The position numbers were made by a program, and so were the translations under genes. A DNA stretch of 64,000 nt from Eledone cirrhosa (lineage: Eukaryota), in NCBI GenBank assembly GCA_964016885.1, contig OZ024740.1, positions 332,878,001 to 332,942,000 of the forward strand. Reading direction: 5' to 3'. Under the pieces are notes generated by a model. The model was given only the letters and a program-made list of their open reading frames with translations, did not search any database and was not told the DNA's origin. This document shows positions 34,186-47,969 of this stretch, piece after piece; the stretch's first letter is position 1, and the number at the start of each line of letters is the position of its first letter.

Positions 34186-35921
34186 TTAAAACAACAAGAA
34201 GTAATATCGGCAGATACAAGCCGGAAGCTCCGAAGAATATGGAGTGTACATACACTAAAGTATTGCAAAAATATATAATAAAAATAATAAAAATATATAA
34301 TAAAAATTACTAAGGATGTATATAACATTAAGAACCATATTACAAATATAGTCCAAAGCAAAAAAACCTAGAGCTAAACAAAGGTGGTTATATAGAGCAG
34401 GAATTATATATAATACAATGTAATATAATATAATATACATTTACCAACATTAAAATTACAATAAAAATCAAAAGGTACAATATGCATATATATAAATGTG
34501 CGCACACGTACACACACATACACATACAACAATACACACATCCATCTTCAACTGCACAAATTAAACCTTATTAAGTGTTTGAATATAAAAATAAGCATGA
34601 TAGGAATGAAAATAATAATAATACTAATACATCTACCCAATATACATGAGGTAATAATATGATATAATTATAAGTAGCACATATAATAAATAATAAACAA
34701 TACAATTATATACTTTATAATACAATATAATAGAATAGATAATCTCCGGTTAATTTACACAAACAATATAGATGTCACAATAATAATATAATAATAATAT
34801 ACTAACATTTATAATATACAATATACTAACATTTATAATAAACAATATATAATGGTACTCAAGTTAATAAATCAATTCATACTGGGTTACAGAGTAGGTG
34901 AGGAAAAATAAATTGTACAATACCCACAAAAAAATGTTGATGGTACAAAAAATACAAACATCTTACATGATATATAAAGTTTAACATATCATAATGTTAC
35001 ATATAATTAACGGTAAGTAATAAGGATCAATATTACAATAAAAAATACAATATATTATAATATATTATATAAAATAAATTAACATAATATAATATATAAT
35101 TACTTATAATTACAAGGTTAGTAGACAGACATGTATATGTATGAGTGAGTAAGTGCCAGACAGTAAATATAATGCACGGTAGTATTACAAATAAAATATA
35201 AAATATAAAATATAGAATAAAATAAATAAATAGAATCAACCGGAAATTAAAAAACAAAAACAAACGTATACATTTAGGTCTCACATGCAGTTAAGTAGTT
35301 AAGTAAAAACTAAGGAAACAACCCCTGTAAATGACTCGAAAACCCTATTTGATAAATTAATATTAAGAATATTTAAACTATCAAATAAGGCAGTATAATA
35401 TTAGCTATAGTTTAAGTAATTAAAGTTTATAAACGTTAATATTTCGTTACAAATGTTTACAAAAAGGAATGAAAATTTTTTACTATCATATACATAACGA
35501 TATCTAAAAAACTGACTTAAGCAGAATTAAGGTAGGCTAACAGGGACAGAAATGAAGAAATATATGGAGGATGCAAAGGGGCATAAAATATAGTCGATAT
35601 ACTATATTACATAATAGAAAGGAGCGTAAAAGAGGGGGGAGGGTTAAATATAATCATAGTCAATATGGAGGGGTTGACAATAAGTTTATGTGCGCATAGG
35701 GGGGGGGGGTTATCCAAAGAAGAATCCGAATAAAAATAAAAATAAAAATAAGAATAAGATAAAATAAAATAAAATAAATAGCGTAAAATATATAATCTTA
35801 TATACATTCATAAGGTGTAATAGTGAAAATTTAATGCGTAAGAAGATAGATATGGTACAGTAGCCAAAAGATTATGAGAGCTAGAATAAAGAGTCATCAA
35901 AAACCAATGATAATAATGATG

Positions 35922-35999
<78 letters not shown>

Positions 36000-38667
36000 T
36001 TGGCAAACAAAAGAACCTAAACTAAAAAATAAATAATGGAATATATCAGCTAATGGGTACAATTTGTACTACTAGAACGTTTAGGTTTATAATAAAAGTA
36101 TGAATTAGAAATAGCGTGGGGGCGAGAAGAGAATATCTCAGACTTTCTATTAAGTAAGGATGCGCTAGAGAAAATTATAGAGTGTGTCTCGAGGATACAG
36201 AGATTACAAAACTTAGTATGTGTAGAAAGATGGTTAGAGCGTGCTACTAAACACCAGTTAAGGCTATATGGTATATTAGCTCCCTTAAGATCCCAGATAT
36301 AATGTGCTAAAGAAGTAGAATTCTTAAACTTAACATGATTGAAATTAGAGATATGAGAGTTAAACCTAGTCTTAAAAGTGTTAGATGTAGAGCCTATATA
36401 AGTTCTATTAGAGGAATTGGTTATAACTTCGCAAGCATAGACAGTGTTCTTAGAAAGGCAGTTACCGTTTAAAGGGCAGTTAGCACTCACTCTACAATTG
36501 CACTTCCGGGTGTTATTGGTTGGCTCAAGTGGTGATGCATTACACGTAGGATTGCTATTAGATAAGGACTGTTCTGGTGGTAATGCATTGACAGATCTGT
36601 TCAGACTAGTAGTATGTAGAGAGGAGAAACCATCCCTAATTTTCCTATTGTTAGTGCTAGCTAAATGAGAACTAACATTAGGGTGGTAGAGAATGAATGT
36701 TTAATAACATTTTTATTAAAAATACTATGGTATTTATGAGAAGGGGGGAAATTTTACTCTAAGATAGAGAAGAAAGACCTAGGGATATTAGTTGATACTT
36801 CCTGATTATATGGCGGGTTAAAATAAGTATTTAATCGCCTTCTATTTTTATTCTTACCGACTCAACCATTATCAAATATCCCACCATCGAGACTAGGGTT
36901 ACTACAAGGATTAGTTAAAGTTATTATCATTGGTTTTTGATGACTCTTTATTCTAGCTCTCATAATCTTTTGGCTACTGTACCATATCTATCTTCTTACG
37001 CATTAAATTTTCACTATTACACCTTATGAATGTATATAAGATTATATATTTTACGCTATTTATTTTATTTTATTTTATTTTATTCTTATTTTTATTTTTA
37101 TTCGGATTCTTCTTTGGATACCCCCCCCCCATGCGCACATAAACTTATTGTCAACCCCTCCATATTGACTATGATTATATTTAACCCCCCCCCTCTTTTA
37201 CGCTCCTTTCTATTATGTAATATAGTATATCGACTATATTTTATGCCCCTTTGCATCCTCCATATATTTCTTCATTTCTGTCCCTGTTAGCCTACCTTAA
37301 TTCTGCTTAAGTCAGTTTTTTAGATATCGTTATGTATATGATAGTAAAAAAATTTCATTCCTTTTTGTAAACATTTGTAACGAAATATTAACGTTTATAA
37401 ACTTTAATTACTTAAACTATAGCTAATATTATACTGCCTTATTGGATAGTTTAAATATTTTTAATATTAATTTATCAAATAGTGTTTTCGAGTCATTTGC
37501 AGGTGTTGTTTCCTTAGTTTTTACTTAACTACTTAACTGCTTGTGAGACCTAAATGTATACATTTGTTTTTGTTTTTTAATTTCCGGTTGATTCTATTTA
37601 TTTGTTTTATTCTATATTTTATATTTTATATTTTATTTGTAATACTAAAGTGCATTATATTTACTGTCTGGCACTTACTCACTCATCCATATACATGTCT
37701 GTCTACTAACCTTGTAATTATAAGTAATTATATATTATATTATGTTAATTTATTTTATATAATATATTATATTATATTGTATTTTTTCTTGTAATATTGA
37801 TCCTTATTACTTTCCGTTAATTATATGTAACATTATGATATGTTATACTTTATATATCATGTAAGATGTTTGTATTTTTTGTACCATCAACATTTTTTTG
37901 TGGGTATTGTACAATTTATTTTTCCTCACCTACTCTGTAACCCAGTATGAATTGATTTGTTAACTTGAGTACCATTATATATTGTTTATTATAAATGTTA
38001 GTATATTGTATATTATAAATGTTAGTATATTGTATATTATAAATGTTAGTATATTATTATTATATTATTATTGTGACATCTATATTGTTTGTGTAAATTA
38101 ACCGGAGATTATCTATTCTATTATATTGTATTATATAGTATATAATTGTATTGTTTATTATTTATTATATGTGCTACTTATAATTATATCATATTATTAC
38201 CTCATGTATATTGGGTAGATGTATTAGTATTATTATTATTTTCATTCCTATCATGCTTATTTTTATATTCAAACTCTTAATAAGGTTTAATTTGTGCAGT
38301 TGAAGATGGATGTGTGTATTGTTGTATGTATATGTGTGTGTACGTGTGCGCACATATATACATATGCATATTGTAGCTTTTGATTTTTATTGTAATTTTA
38401 ATGTTGGTAAAGGTATATTATATTATATTACATTGTATTATATATAATTCCTGCTCTATATAACCACCTTTGTTTTGCTCTAGGTTTTTTTTTGCTTTGG
38501 ACTATATTTGTAATATGGTTCTTAATGTTATATACATCCTTAGTAATTTTTATTATATATTTTTATTATTTTTATTATATATTTTTGCAATACTTTAGTG
38601 TATGTACACTCCATATTCTTCGAAGCTTCCGGCTTGTATCTGCCGATATTACTTCTCGTTGTTTTAA

Positions 38668-38710
38668 TTGCCCTGATGAGTCCTTAATAGGACGAAATAT
38701 TGTCGGCTAA
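38668..38710 (+). ncRNA. Minimal type I hammerhead in the PLE 3 pLTR
   Basis: TTGCC-CTGATGA-GTCCT-TAAT-AGGAC-GAAA-TATTG-TC-GGCTAA. Canonical core, GUC site. Confidence 0.9.
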
Positions 38711-38752
38711 TAAAGACTTTTGATGTATTGAAGGCTTCTTTGTTTTACTCTC

Positions 38753-38830
<78 letters not shown>

Positions 38831-39484
38831 TGTGTGTGTGTGTGTGTGTATGTGTATGTTTAGGCGTGAGCGAGGGGGCGATTTTTTAAAAAGTGCGTGA
38901 TGTTAGGGAACCGGCGAGTGGCGGAAGTGTAAAAACTGAATGTGATATATTTATCGTATCATATAAATATATTTCTGTGTGTTTCTTAAGTAAGGTTACA
39001 AAAAGTTCGTTTCATTTTTTTAACATTTGTTTTTTCTATTAATTTTGTGTAGATTATGTTAAGATAGCTTAATTTTAAATATTCTGTTTATTGATTTAGT
39101 TTACAAAATGTTGTTTGAGTATATTTAATTTAATTCAATTTATTTATTAGTTATTGTATAGCTCATTTTACGTCATTCTAAGTCGTCTGGTTCATTGTAA
39201 ATTTTTGGCCTGGTTAGATAATTGATAATGTATCCTCATATTTTCTGCTTGTAATTGGTAAGTTAGCTTAAAGTTTGAACATACTTATTTTATTTATATC
39301 TCTGTTTTGTGAGATCACTTTGTAAATTTTGCATTTTTGTTTTGTTTTTTGGGGAGTCGTATCATTATATTTTTCAATATATTATATTTAGAAGAATCGT
39401 AAAATGAATTACACAATAACTAATAAATAAATTAAATTAAATTAAATATACTCAAACAACATTTTGTAAACCAAATCAAAAAGT

Positions 39485-39670
39485 TGATGGATTGGCACTA
39501 TCAGTAGAGGGTCGGACGCCATGCTTTGCAGCACAGTTGCGTCCCTTTACGGATTGAGTTCAAATCCTGCCGAGGTTAACTTTACCTTTCATCCTTACGG
39601 GTCGATTAAAATAAAGTACAAGTAATGTACTGGGTAATTGCTGGCCTTGTGCCAAAAGTAGAAACAATTA
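39485..39670 (+). mobile_element. Full-length tRNA-type SINE
   Basis: A-box-like TGGCACTATCAGTAGAG, B-box GAGTTCAAATCC, and the conserved central and 3' blocks. Confidence 0.88.
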
Positions 39671-41553
39671 TATTTAGAAGAATCTGAAATCTGAAATGTT
39701 GAATTATTAAAGGTTAGTTAGATGAGGATATATGCAGGATGTAGTTTTGAAACGCATACATGTTTTTTAAGAATGTGTTTACATGAGTCCATTATTTCAG
39801 AACATTTATTTACAATGACACGTTTGCCTTTACAAAATACCATTTTCACATGTCAGAAGGTAAGGGATGATTTTGTTCTTCAATTTTCATAAATGATTTC
39901 AGACACGCTCCTGAAAGAATTAGAAGAAAGACCAATGATTTTTTTTTTAGAAGTCCGCTGGTGTGACTCTGTATTTATTTATCTCGTTAGGTAGCTTGCG
40001 TTTAGCGAACGAAAACTGTGTTTGCACAGTTACATTCGCAATTGTCTTTTTGTTTTTAATCTGCTTCATTTAACCTTGCGATCACCTCTGCGAGTAAATA
40101 ACTTAAATTCACGCAAGCATACCATCGCACGTAAAACAAAAGTATCCTATGTATTAAAATCGATCCACAACTTCTTACAGAGCAACATGAAAATGTCATA
40201 AATAATATCAAATGTAAGCGCAACAATTCCACAGCAAACTGTACCTTGACTACCAGCGTCCTATCTATAACATTTACGTATTTCAGAATTCTGCCTCTAA
40301 TAAATTTAAATTATTTAAAACATATTTAGTAGCACAACATACTAAAAAGAGGAAAAGTACCACACACACAAATAAGAAACATGATGAACATATAAAGCCA
40401 CACTTCATACAAGTATCCCTACCACAATTAGAAATGATTTGGTCAATATCTAGTGCCATCTAAAAATATATATAGAATATATTTAGAAGACAAGTCTTAT
40501 ATTGAAACCGGCAATACAATATACATTGAGATGTCTTAACATTACGTACAAAATAAATACTAAAAATAAAAAATATGTCCTAACTTTGAATTAAAGGAAG
40601 TAATGACAAGATCACTATTTCACAAATCTAGAACAGCATTCACCACTTCCCTAATCTATTTGAACACCACTTCCCCTTGTGCTATTGCATAGTACACAAA
40701 ATGTAGCAAATGATTCAATAAACAAATATTGTATATAAAGAGTTGATACTACCTACACATTTACAAAGGGCATATAGAATTAAAAATTGAATATGAAATA
40801 CATTTTATTAAATTAAATTACATATAAGGATGTATTTGGTTACAACAGGGGGTGTCGGATGTGAGATGATCCCTGAAGAGTGAAGTGTTGTGGCATATAT
40901 CTTTAGATAGCATTTCATGGAGGGGTAGTTATTTATAATCGAGGGGTTGGGTGACTGCTTATTTTGTTTAACCATCTCTGTGTAGAAGGAAATGGAGTGG
41001 ATGTTTTGAGTGTGAAGATGAAGTTGTTGTAGTATTGTGTACTATAAGATAGCTCACAATAATTATATGAAGAAGAATTAACATCGTAAGAAACCTTGCA
41101 AATTAAGAGCTAAATAAAGAATTAAAGCCTCTTTAGAAAAGCAACTTGATGACGATAGGTTTCCTGTTGTAAGAAATCTTCAGAAAAATTAGAAAGTACA
41201 ACGTCCTTTTCAATAGCGAAGAATTTCTGAATTTGCTGAAGGCTAATTCGGGAAACGCTACAAACAATAGAAATAACATGAAGATAATTGAACGAATCCA
41301 TTAATCTACGTTAAATTCTACAATTCGATTCACATTTTAGAATGTCAAGTAGAATGGAAAATGAAAGATAAGACAATGGAAAAATGAAGTATTTTAAATA
41401 CCTCACTACTTGTTTAGGTCAACATTACAAAACATTCTAAAGTGAACTGAAGATATTGTGATATGAAAAGAGATTCAAATGATGGAATTTATATATATAT
41501 CTACAATCACATATATACAGGGATGCAAACACACACACGTATATATATTTGGT

Positions 41554-41610
<57 letters not shown>

Positions 41611-41730
41611 TTGTGTGTTATTATCTAACTTAGAGTTACTAACATTGACGCTGGTCAAAGCACTCGATGCTGTTACTGGGTCCGTCTCTCTGTATATTTG
41701 TATATATATATATGCATTTAATATAGGAAT

Positions 41731-41782
41731 GGCTTCGACATGACTAGAACTGTTTCATTCGAAGCAAATCATCAGGAATGCC
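41731..41782 (-). ncRNA. Type I hammerhead (family F) at a fold-back junction
   Basis: Minus: GGC(A)TTC-CTGATGA-TTTG-CTTC-GAAT-GAAA-CA...TG-TC-GAAGCC. An inverted plus-strand copy starts at about 41782, inside stem II. Confidence 0.75.
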
Positions 41783-42233
41783 CTTCGAATGTAACAGTTC
41801 TAGTCATGTAGACGTCATTTCTATATTAAATACATATATCTGCTATGTATTGCGTACAATACTTACTGTGGTCACCCCCCGATTTAAACCCGGGATACAC
41901 ACACACACACATTTCCTATCAGCACATGGAGATCTTTGAAATGGGTATGTTTTGCTAATTAAGGTTTTTATGGAATACCTGGTCTGGTCTTTCAACTATC
42001 TCAACATTTCAGATTATAACATACATACAAGATTATGCACATATATTTGTTTACAGAACTTAATGGGGTATGTTGTGCACTTATATTTGTTACAGTGTCT
42101 ACAATTGTCTGCCAGGATTTTTTGAGGTCATTGGGTTGGCGGGCGTGCGTGAAAGACAAATCGACATGTGCAAGATCATGATTGATCCAGGGATAATCTT
42201 ATATATATATATATATAATATACATATGATATA

Positions 42234-42320
<87 letters not shown>

Positions 42321-42377
42321 AATAAATAAGTTGTATATATATATAAATAAGTATATATATATATATATATATATATA

Positions 42378-44904
42378 GTAATAATAATACATTTGAAGAC
42401 TAAAATCCAAAGAGGGCTCGAGAAGGATAAATATATATCAAATATATAAGAACCGTGGACCAAATATTTATTAAAATAACAGATAAAAGTTTAAGTAAAT
42501 AATCGTTGCTTTCACCCTTAACGGGATCTTCTGAAACTAAAAAAGTCAATCTGTGAACGCAGAAGTAAATATTAAAAAAACGTTGCAACCGGAGGAAGAC
42601 AGGAAGACGATACTTTGGTTCGTGGAAACGTTCCCTGGCAATGAACGGAAAAACACGAAGATAATACGTCATATGTGGAGCGGGGAGAACAATTGCACGC
42701 AAAGACAAAACCACGTAAATGGTATAACTGAAGTCGTAGACTAAAATTCTAGCTAGGAAACCGAATGATTCTCGGCTTCAGAGTTAAGAAAAAAGTAAAT
42801 AAAATACAGAGGTAATTGAAATTAAATAAATACATACAGGCAATCATATACGTACATACACAAGCATACGCGAAATCACACGCCATATGTATACAAATAC
42901 AAGCACTTACACAAACAAAACCCCGCACGCACATACAGAACCCACGCAACGCCTGTACCCGCACACATACGAATCTATGCACCAAATACACATAAAAATA
43001 TATTTAAAAAAATATATATATATACATATGTGTGTGTGTGCGCGTGTATACATATAATTAAATATACGTATATAAATAAATAAATACGTATATAATGCGC
43101 ACACACAATTACCTACATGTAAATACACATATGTTCGGAGACTATGTCAACCAAAACACAAAGTACACATATACACACACCCTACATATGTACAAACCCG
43201 CATATTCACACAGACGCACAACTCGCTTATACACATAACCAAATGCATATGTACCAAAATATATAATATATACGCCATAACATATACAAGCAAATATACG
43301 TACGAGAAAGTATCCGTACCTTCACAAAAGATACAGGTAATATATACTTACCTATACAAATAAGTAATGGTATAAACATAACATATAATTAGCTACCGCA
43401 TCAAGACGTAAAATATCCGCGTATGGTTCGTACTATCCGTTAGGGTACAATGTGTGGCTGTAATACAGGAACGTTTTGTGCAATTTATGTTTACAAGCCG
43501 AAATTGCCTCAGATTTTTTGTTTAAGATGTGGTCTATGGCGTAGAGTATTTCCAGGGCCTCAGCGGCGCAGAGGTCACATGGTCTTTTATTTACGTTATA
43601 CGATCTAGCCTTAGCTAGGATCTCCCAGTGTAACCTATATTGGGTGTGGTTGTCTTTTAGACTTCAGATATAAGCTGAAAGTGACGTCATATTCCTTCTT
43701 AAAGGGCTAAGAAAAGAATGGGTATGCATGTAAACGCGCTGCTTGAATCTATTGGCGGTTAACCCTACGTAGGCCCTACGGGACGTGGGTGTTTCAACCT
43801 TATATTTGTAGACAATGTTACTAGCGAGGCATTTCCCGGATAGGGGGCAGTCAACCCGATTTCTACAATTACAGTTAGTACTAGCTACAGGGTTGCACGT
43901 GTTCCTACGGCTAAAGTTGAAGCTGTGATGTTATGTGCAAGACTAGGAGTCGTAGAGTAAGAAATGTTAATGGTATTTCTATATATGTATTTCTATATAT
44001 GTATTCCGATATTTGTGTATGTACGTATTCTAATGATATTTCTATATATGTATTTCTATATATGTGTATTTGGTGTATACATTCGTATGTGTGCGGGTAC
44101 AGGCTTGCGTGGGTTCTGTATGTGAGTGCGGGATTTTTTTTTTGTGTACGTGCTTGTATTTTTATACCTATGGCGTGTGTTTTCGCGTATGCTTGTGTAT
44201 GTACGTATATGATTACGTGTATATATTTATTTCATTTCAATTACCTCTGTATTTTTATTTACTTTTTAACTCAAAAGCCGAGAATCATTCGGTTTCCTAG
44301 TTAGAATTTTAGTCTATGATTTCAGTCATACCATTTACGTGTTTTTGACTTTGCGTGCAATTGTTCTCCCCGCTCCACATATGACGTATTATCTTCGTTT
44401 TTTCCGTTCATTGCCAGAGAACGTCTCCATGAACCACCTAATAGAATATTAGTCTACGACTTATTTTATACCATAAACGTGGTTTTGTCTTTGCGTGTAA
44501 TTGTTTTTCACCGCTCCAAATAATTGTTTCTACTTTTGGCACAAGGCCAGCAATTACCCAGAGCATTACTGGTACTTTATTTTATCGACCCCGTAAGGAT
44601 GAAAGGAAAAGTTATCCTCGGCGGGATTTGAACTCAGAATGGCAAGGCCCGAAACTCTATACGTCAAAGCATGGCCTCCGACCCTCTACCGATACTGCCA
44701 AATGACGTATTATCGTTTTTTCCCGTTCTTTGCCAGGGAACGTTCCCGCGAACCAAAGTATCGTCTTTCTGTCTTCCTCCGGTTGCAACGTTTTTTGAAA
44801 TATTTACTTCTGCGTCCACGGATTGACGTTTTTAGTTTCAGAAGATCCAATTAAGGGTGAAAGCAGCGATGCTTTGCTTAAACTTTAATCTGTTATTTTA
44901 ATAA

Positions 44905-44905
<1 letters not shown>
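42378..44905. mobile_element. Largest family A element: inverted arms plus partial tandem pLTR-like copies, no ORF, HHR motifs at 42488-42538(-) and 44834-44884(+)
   Basis: About 42615-42995 is the reverse complement of 44060-44435, and 42465-42745 of 44448-44905 (interrupted by a SINE). Flanked by (TA)n. Confidence 0.8.
44521..44701 (-). mobile_element. tRNA-type SINE inserted into the family A element
   Basis: SINE consensus on the minus strand. Family A sequence resumes at ATGACGTATTATCG. Confidence 0.88.
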
Positions 44906-44977
<72 letters not shown>

Positions 44978-45049
44978 TAATAAATATGAAGACTAAAATC
45001 CAAAGATTGGTCTTCTGTTGGCAGAGGTCCATGGATTAGAAGCGTAAAC

Positions 45050-45270
45050 TCGGTTCGTTGTCCTTGGGAATCGAGCCGGATCATTTGCAATCGATTGCTT
45101 CAAAATGTTATCGAACACTTCAGTGAAGCGATTTACAATCACTTTGAATCCCAATTTACAGAATGAGTAAAAAGCAGTGATCAAACTACGCTATTTTATC
45201 AGGTTTGAGGCAAAACTCTATGACAAATTTGTCCCCGGGAAAACGCTTTAACCACGAATATTCGCTTAGG
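45050..45270 (+). pseudogene. Possible decayed mariner transposase fragment
   Basis: KFVPGKTLNHEY resembles the mariner EFVPPGQTVN..YY motif. Short and degenerate. Confidence 0.35.
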
Positions 45271-46064
45271 ACAATAGCTCCATTGATATCTGTAAATAAA
45301 TAAACAATAAAAATTGAATCAGTAACGTGCAATGTAATTTGTTTCAGAATTAACGTGGGGCTTTTGCAGGGTAAATATGTTGCATCCTATCTGACGCTGG
45401 AACGGTACTCCACATTCGCGAGCTATATACGTATTCATACATCTGAATGTGTTCATTGTTCAATTTTGTATAGATACAGGGCTCTTTTTAAACGTATGTG
45501 TGCGTAAATATGATAATCTATATCGAATACATAAATATATAATGTTAGTAGAATCACTGTTGTTGTCCCTCCTTCGTAGAGAAAGTTGATCACATCTTCA
45601 ATGTTAAGAGGATGATATTTGACTGAGAGTCCGCAGATTGTTTGTAAAGCACAACCTGGGCCCAGAAAACAAGCCTAACATGCGTCACACATATGAGTAT
45701 GCGTTGAAGCAGAATATGTGGTTCGAGCCTCCCTCGTTAGCTTTGAGCCTCTGTTATGCGCCAAGATTCTGAAGCGCATGGTCCTTAATTGATTTTGCTT
45801 CGGGTGATGAGCAATCCAAAGAAATTGATTACTAGCTACTGGGATTGATCAAGAAGCTGTATACAATTTTAACATTGGATCTATGAGCCGATAATCCATC
45901 CAACTGTATGCACCAGGCATATCTTTAATTACTCTTATATATTGCCGGTCTATCTATCTGATTGATATAGTCAATCAAATGTCAGTTGCGAGACCGTAAA
46001 TATATCGAGGAAGTGTGTTACGAGTAGGAAGGTAGAAGAGAGTATTTGTCTGATGAGGTCATTT

Positions 46065-46620
46065 GCACGCATGTCGGCACCTGGAAAGCCATACCATGAA
46101 CACAATATCACAGTAAAGGGGCATAAGCGACAAGCCGCCGTTAGTTTCTTCTATTTGAAAAGCAAACTGTCACGAAGAAAATGCAGAGAAGCTGTAGTTA
46201 ATGATACAAATGCTAAAATCAGTGTGGCATTGTATTGGAGCGGGTAGCGCACAACCTCACTACCAGGCTGGATGTCTATCAAACTGGTGCACAATGCCTT
46301 CATTTACGCCTGCGAAAAATATGCTATCTTCAGCTGAAATGCTAAAAAAGTTAAACCATTTTCCTTCGAGTTGCTTCCGCAGACTTCCCCACATATGTTA
46401 GAAAGAAAAGTTCCGAGACTCGTAAGTCCTGAAATGGGCTCGCAGCTATAGGATCCACACAATCCCACAGAAGGCTACAGTCAGATGGATAGGCAATATT
46501 CTCAGTATGTCTGAGAGCAGACGAGCGAAACAGATACTGTTTCGAGAGTAGGGAAAGTAATCAGTTGGTGGACAGAAGGAAACTTTTCAATATAATTTGA
46601 AAGTGTCCTGCAACAGCTCA
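46065..46620 (+). mobile_element. Decayed RTE (BovB-like) LINE ORF2 fragment
   Basis: APGKPYHEHNITVKG...FFYLKSKLSR, KKLNHF..SCFRRLPHI, RWIGNIL.MS..R..KQILF. Confidence 0.78.
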
Positions 46621-46752
46621 ACATATTGAAAATTATATATATATTATTAATAACACATGTTTACGTCGAACATTTATTCACCGGTTGTGTTAGCAAACAT
46701 TATTTACAGGGTCATTAACTGTGAAACGTTAAAGTAAACAGTTGTTAGGATA

Positions 46753-46799
<47 letters not shown>

Positions 46800-46898
46800 G
46801 ACGAACGAAATGGGGTAAGGAACCAGATGGACCATAACGCATCAGATTACTCAATACTTAGGGTAGTAGAGTGGGTAATAGGAAAAAAAAAATATATA

Positions 46899-46931
<33 letters not shown>

Positions 46932-47060
46932 ATGTATATTATTATTGTTGTTGTCGTTATTATTATTGTTGTTATTATTATTATTATTATTATTGTTATT
47001 AATGTATGTGTGTGTGTATATGTGTTTGTGAGTATGTGTGTGTGTGTGTGTATATATATG

Positions 47061-47103
<43 letters not shown>

Positions 47104-47132
47104 TATTTATTTATTATTATTATTATTATTAT

Positions 47133-47791
47133 TTGCATTTATCTTGCTTTATGTTTATACGAGTTATCACCAAGTCACAACCAGTGACCTCAAGAGACAA
47201 CAAGGTCCGCCATGTTCAAGAAAGAACATACATATTCACACATGCATCCTTAGTGTTTAGACTTGTGATGTATTTATATTGACAGGATCTTCCTTAGTAT
47301 ATGGGCAGTTCCCATTAGTACTATCTTTTGTATTTCTCCTATACGCGGGTTTCCTGGGATTTGCGATAAGTAGTCGTTAGACCCCTTAGGTATCATTCCC
47401 AGAGCGCCTACAACCACTGGTATTGTTTTAGTTCTCAATTTCCACATTTTTCCAATTTCTATCTCCAGGTCCTTATACTTGCTCAATTTTTCAAATGTTT
47501 TTATAGATACATTCTTGTCTATTGGAACAGACATATCAATTAGCAGGCATACCCTCCTTTGAAAGTCCTTCAATATTATATCAGGTCTATTTGCATCTAT
47601 TTTTCGGTCTGTTTGGATGCTAAAGTTCCACAAGATTGAGATGTGATCTTTTTCAAGTATGGGAGGTGGTTGATGCTCCCACCAATTCTTTTGATGGGGC
47701 AGGTCAAAATGCTTACACATTATCCAATGTATGTATTGTGCAGCTCTGTCATGCCTGTTTAGGTATTCGGTTGGAGCTATAGGACTGCAGG

Positions 47792-47792
<1 letters not shown>
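47133..47792 (-). mobile_element. 5'-truncated R4/Dong-type non-LTR retrotransposon (restriction-like endonuclease) within (TAA)n
   Basis: ORF 47274-47720: WWEHQP..ILWNFSIQTDRKIDANRPDI...LIDMSVP......EKLSKYKDL...PVVVGALG. (TTA)n on both sides. Confidence 0.9.
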
Positions 47793-47848
<56 letters not shown>

Positions 47849-47969
47849 TTTTTTTTTTTTTTCTTTCTCCTCGTGCAATGGCCATACTCGATAACGAGGG
47901 GGCAGCCATCATGTATGTATGTATGTATGTATGTATGTATGTATGTATGTATGTATGTATGTATGTTTG

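Larger units (their letters stand above)
34095..38758 (-). mobile_element. 5'-truncated Penelope-like element 3 (YFNPPY / CPL-G-CL type GIY-YIG) with about 1.83-kb inverted AT-rich pLTR arms
   Basis: ORF 36050-36490(-): CPLNGNCLSKNTVY..YIGST..FKTRF..H...CNLCILE..LLNRKSE, with YFNPPY upstream near 36810. About 34095-35912 is the reverse complement of about 36925-38758. Confidence 0.92.

Noticed and set aside
40480-40520. TAGAAGA..TTGAAACCGGC as a decayed HHR next to a possible PLE remnant (40400-41060)
   Set aside because: Too many deviations to support.
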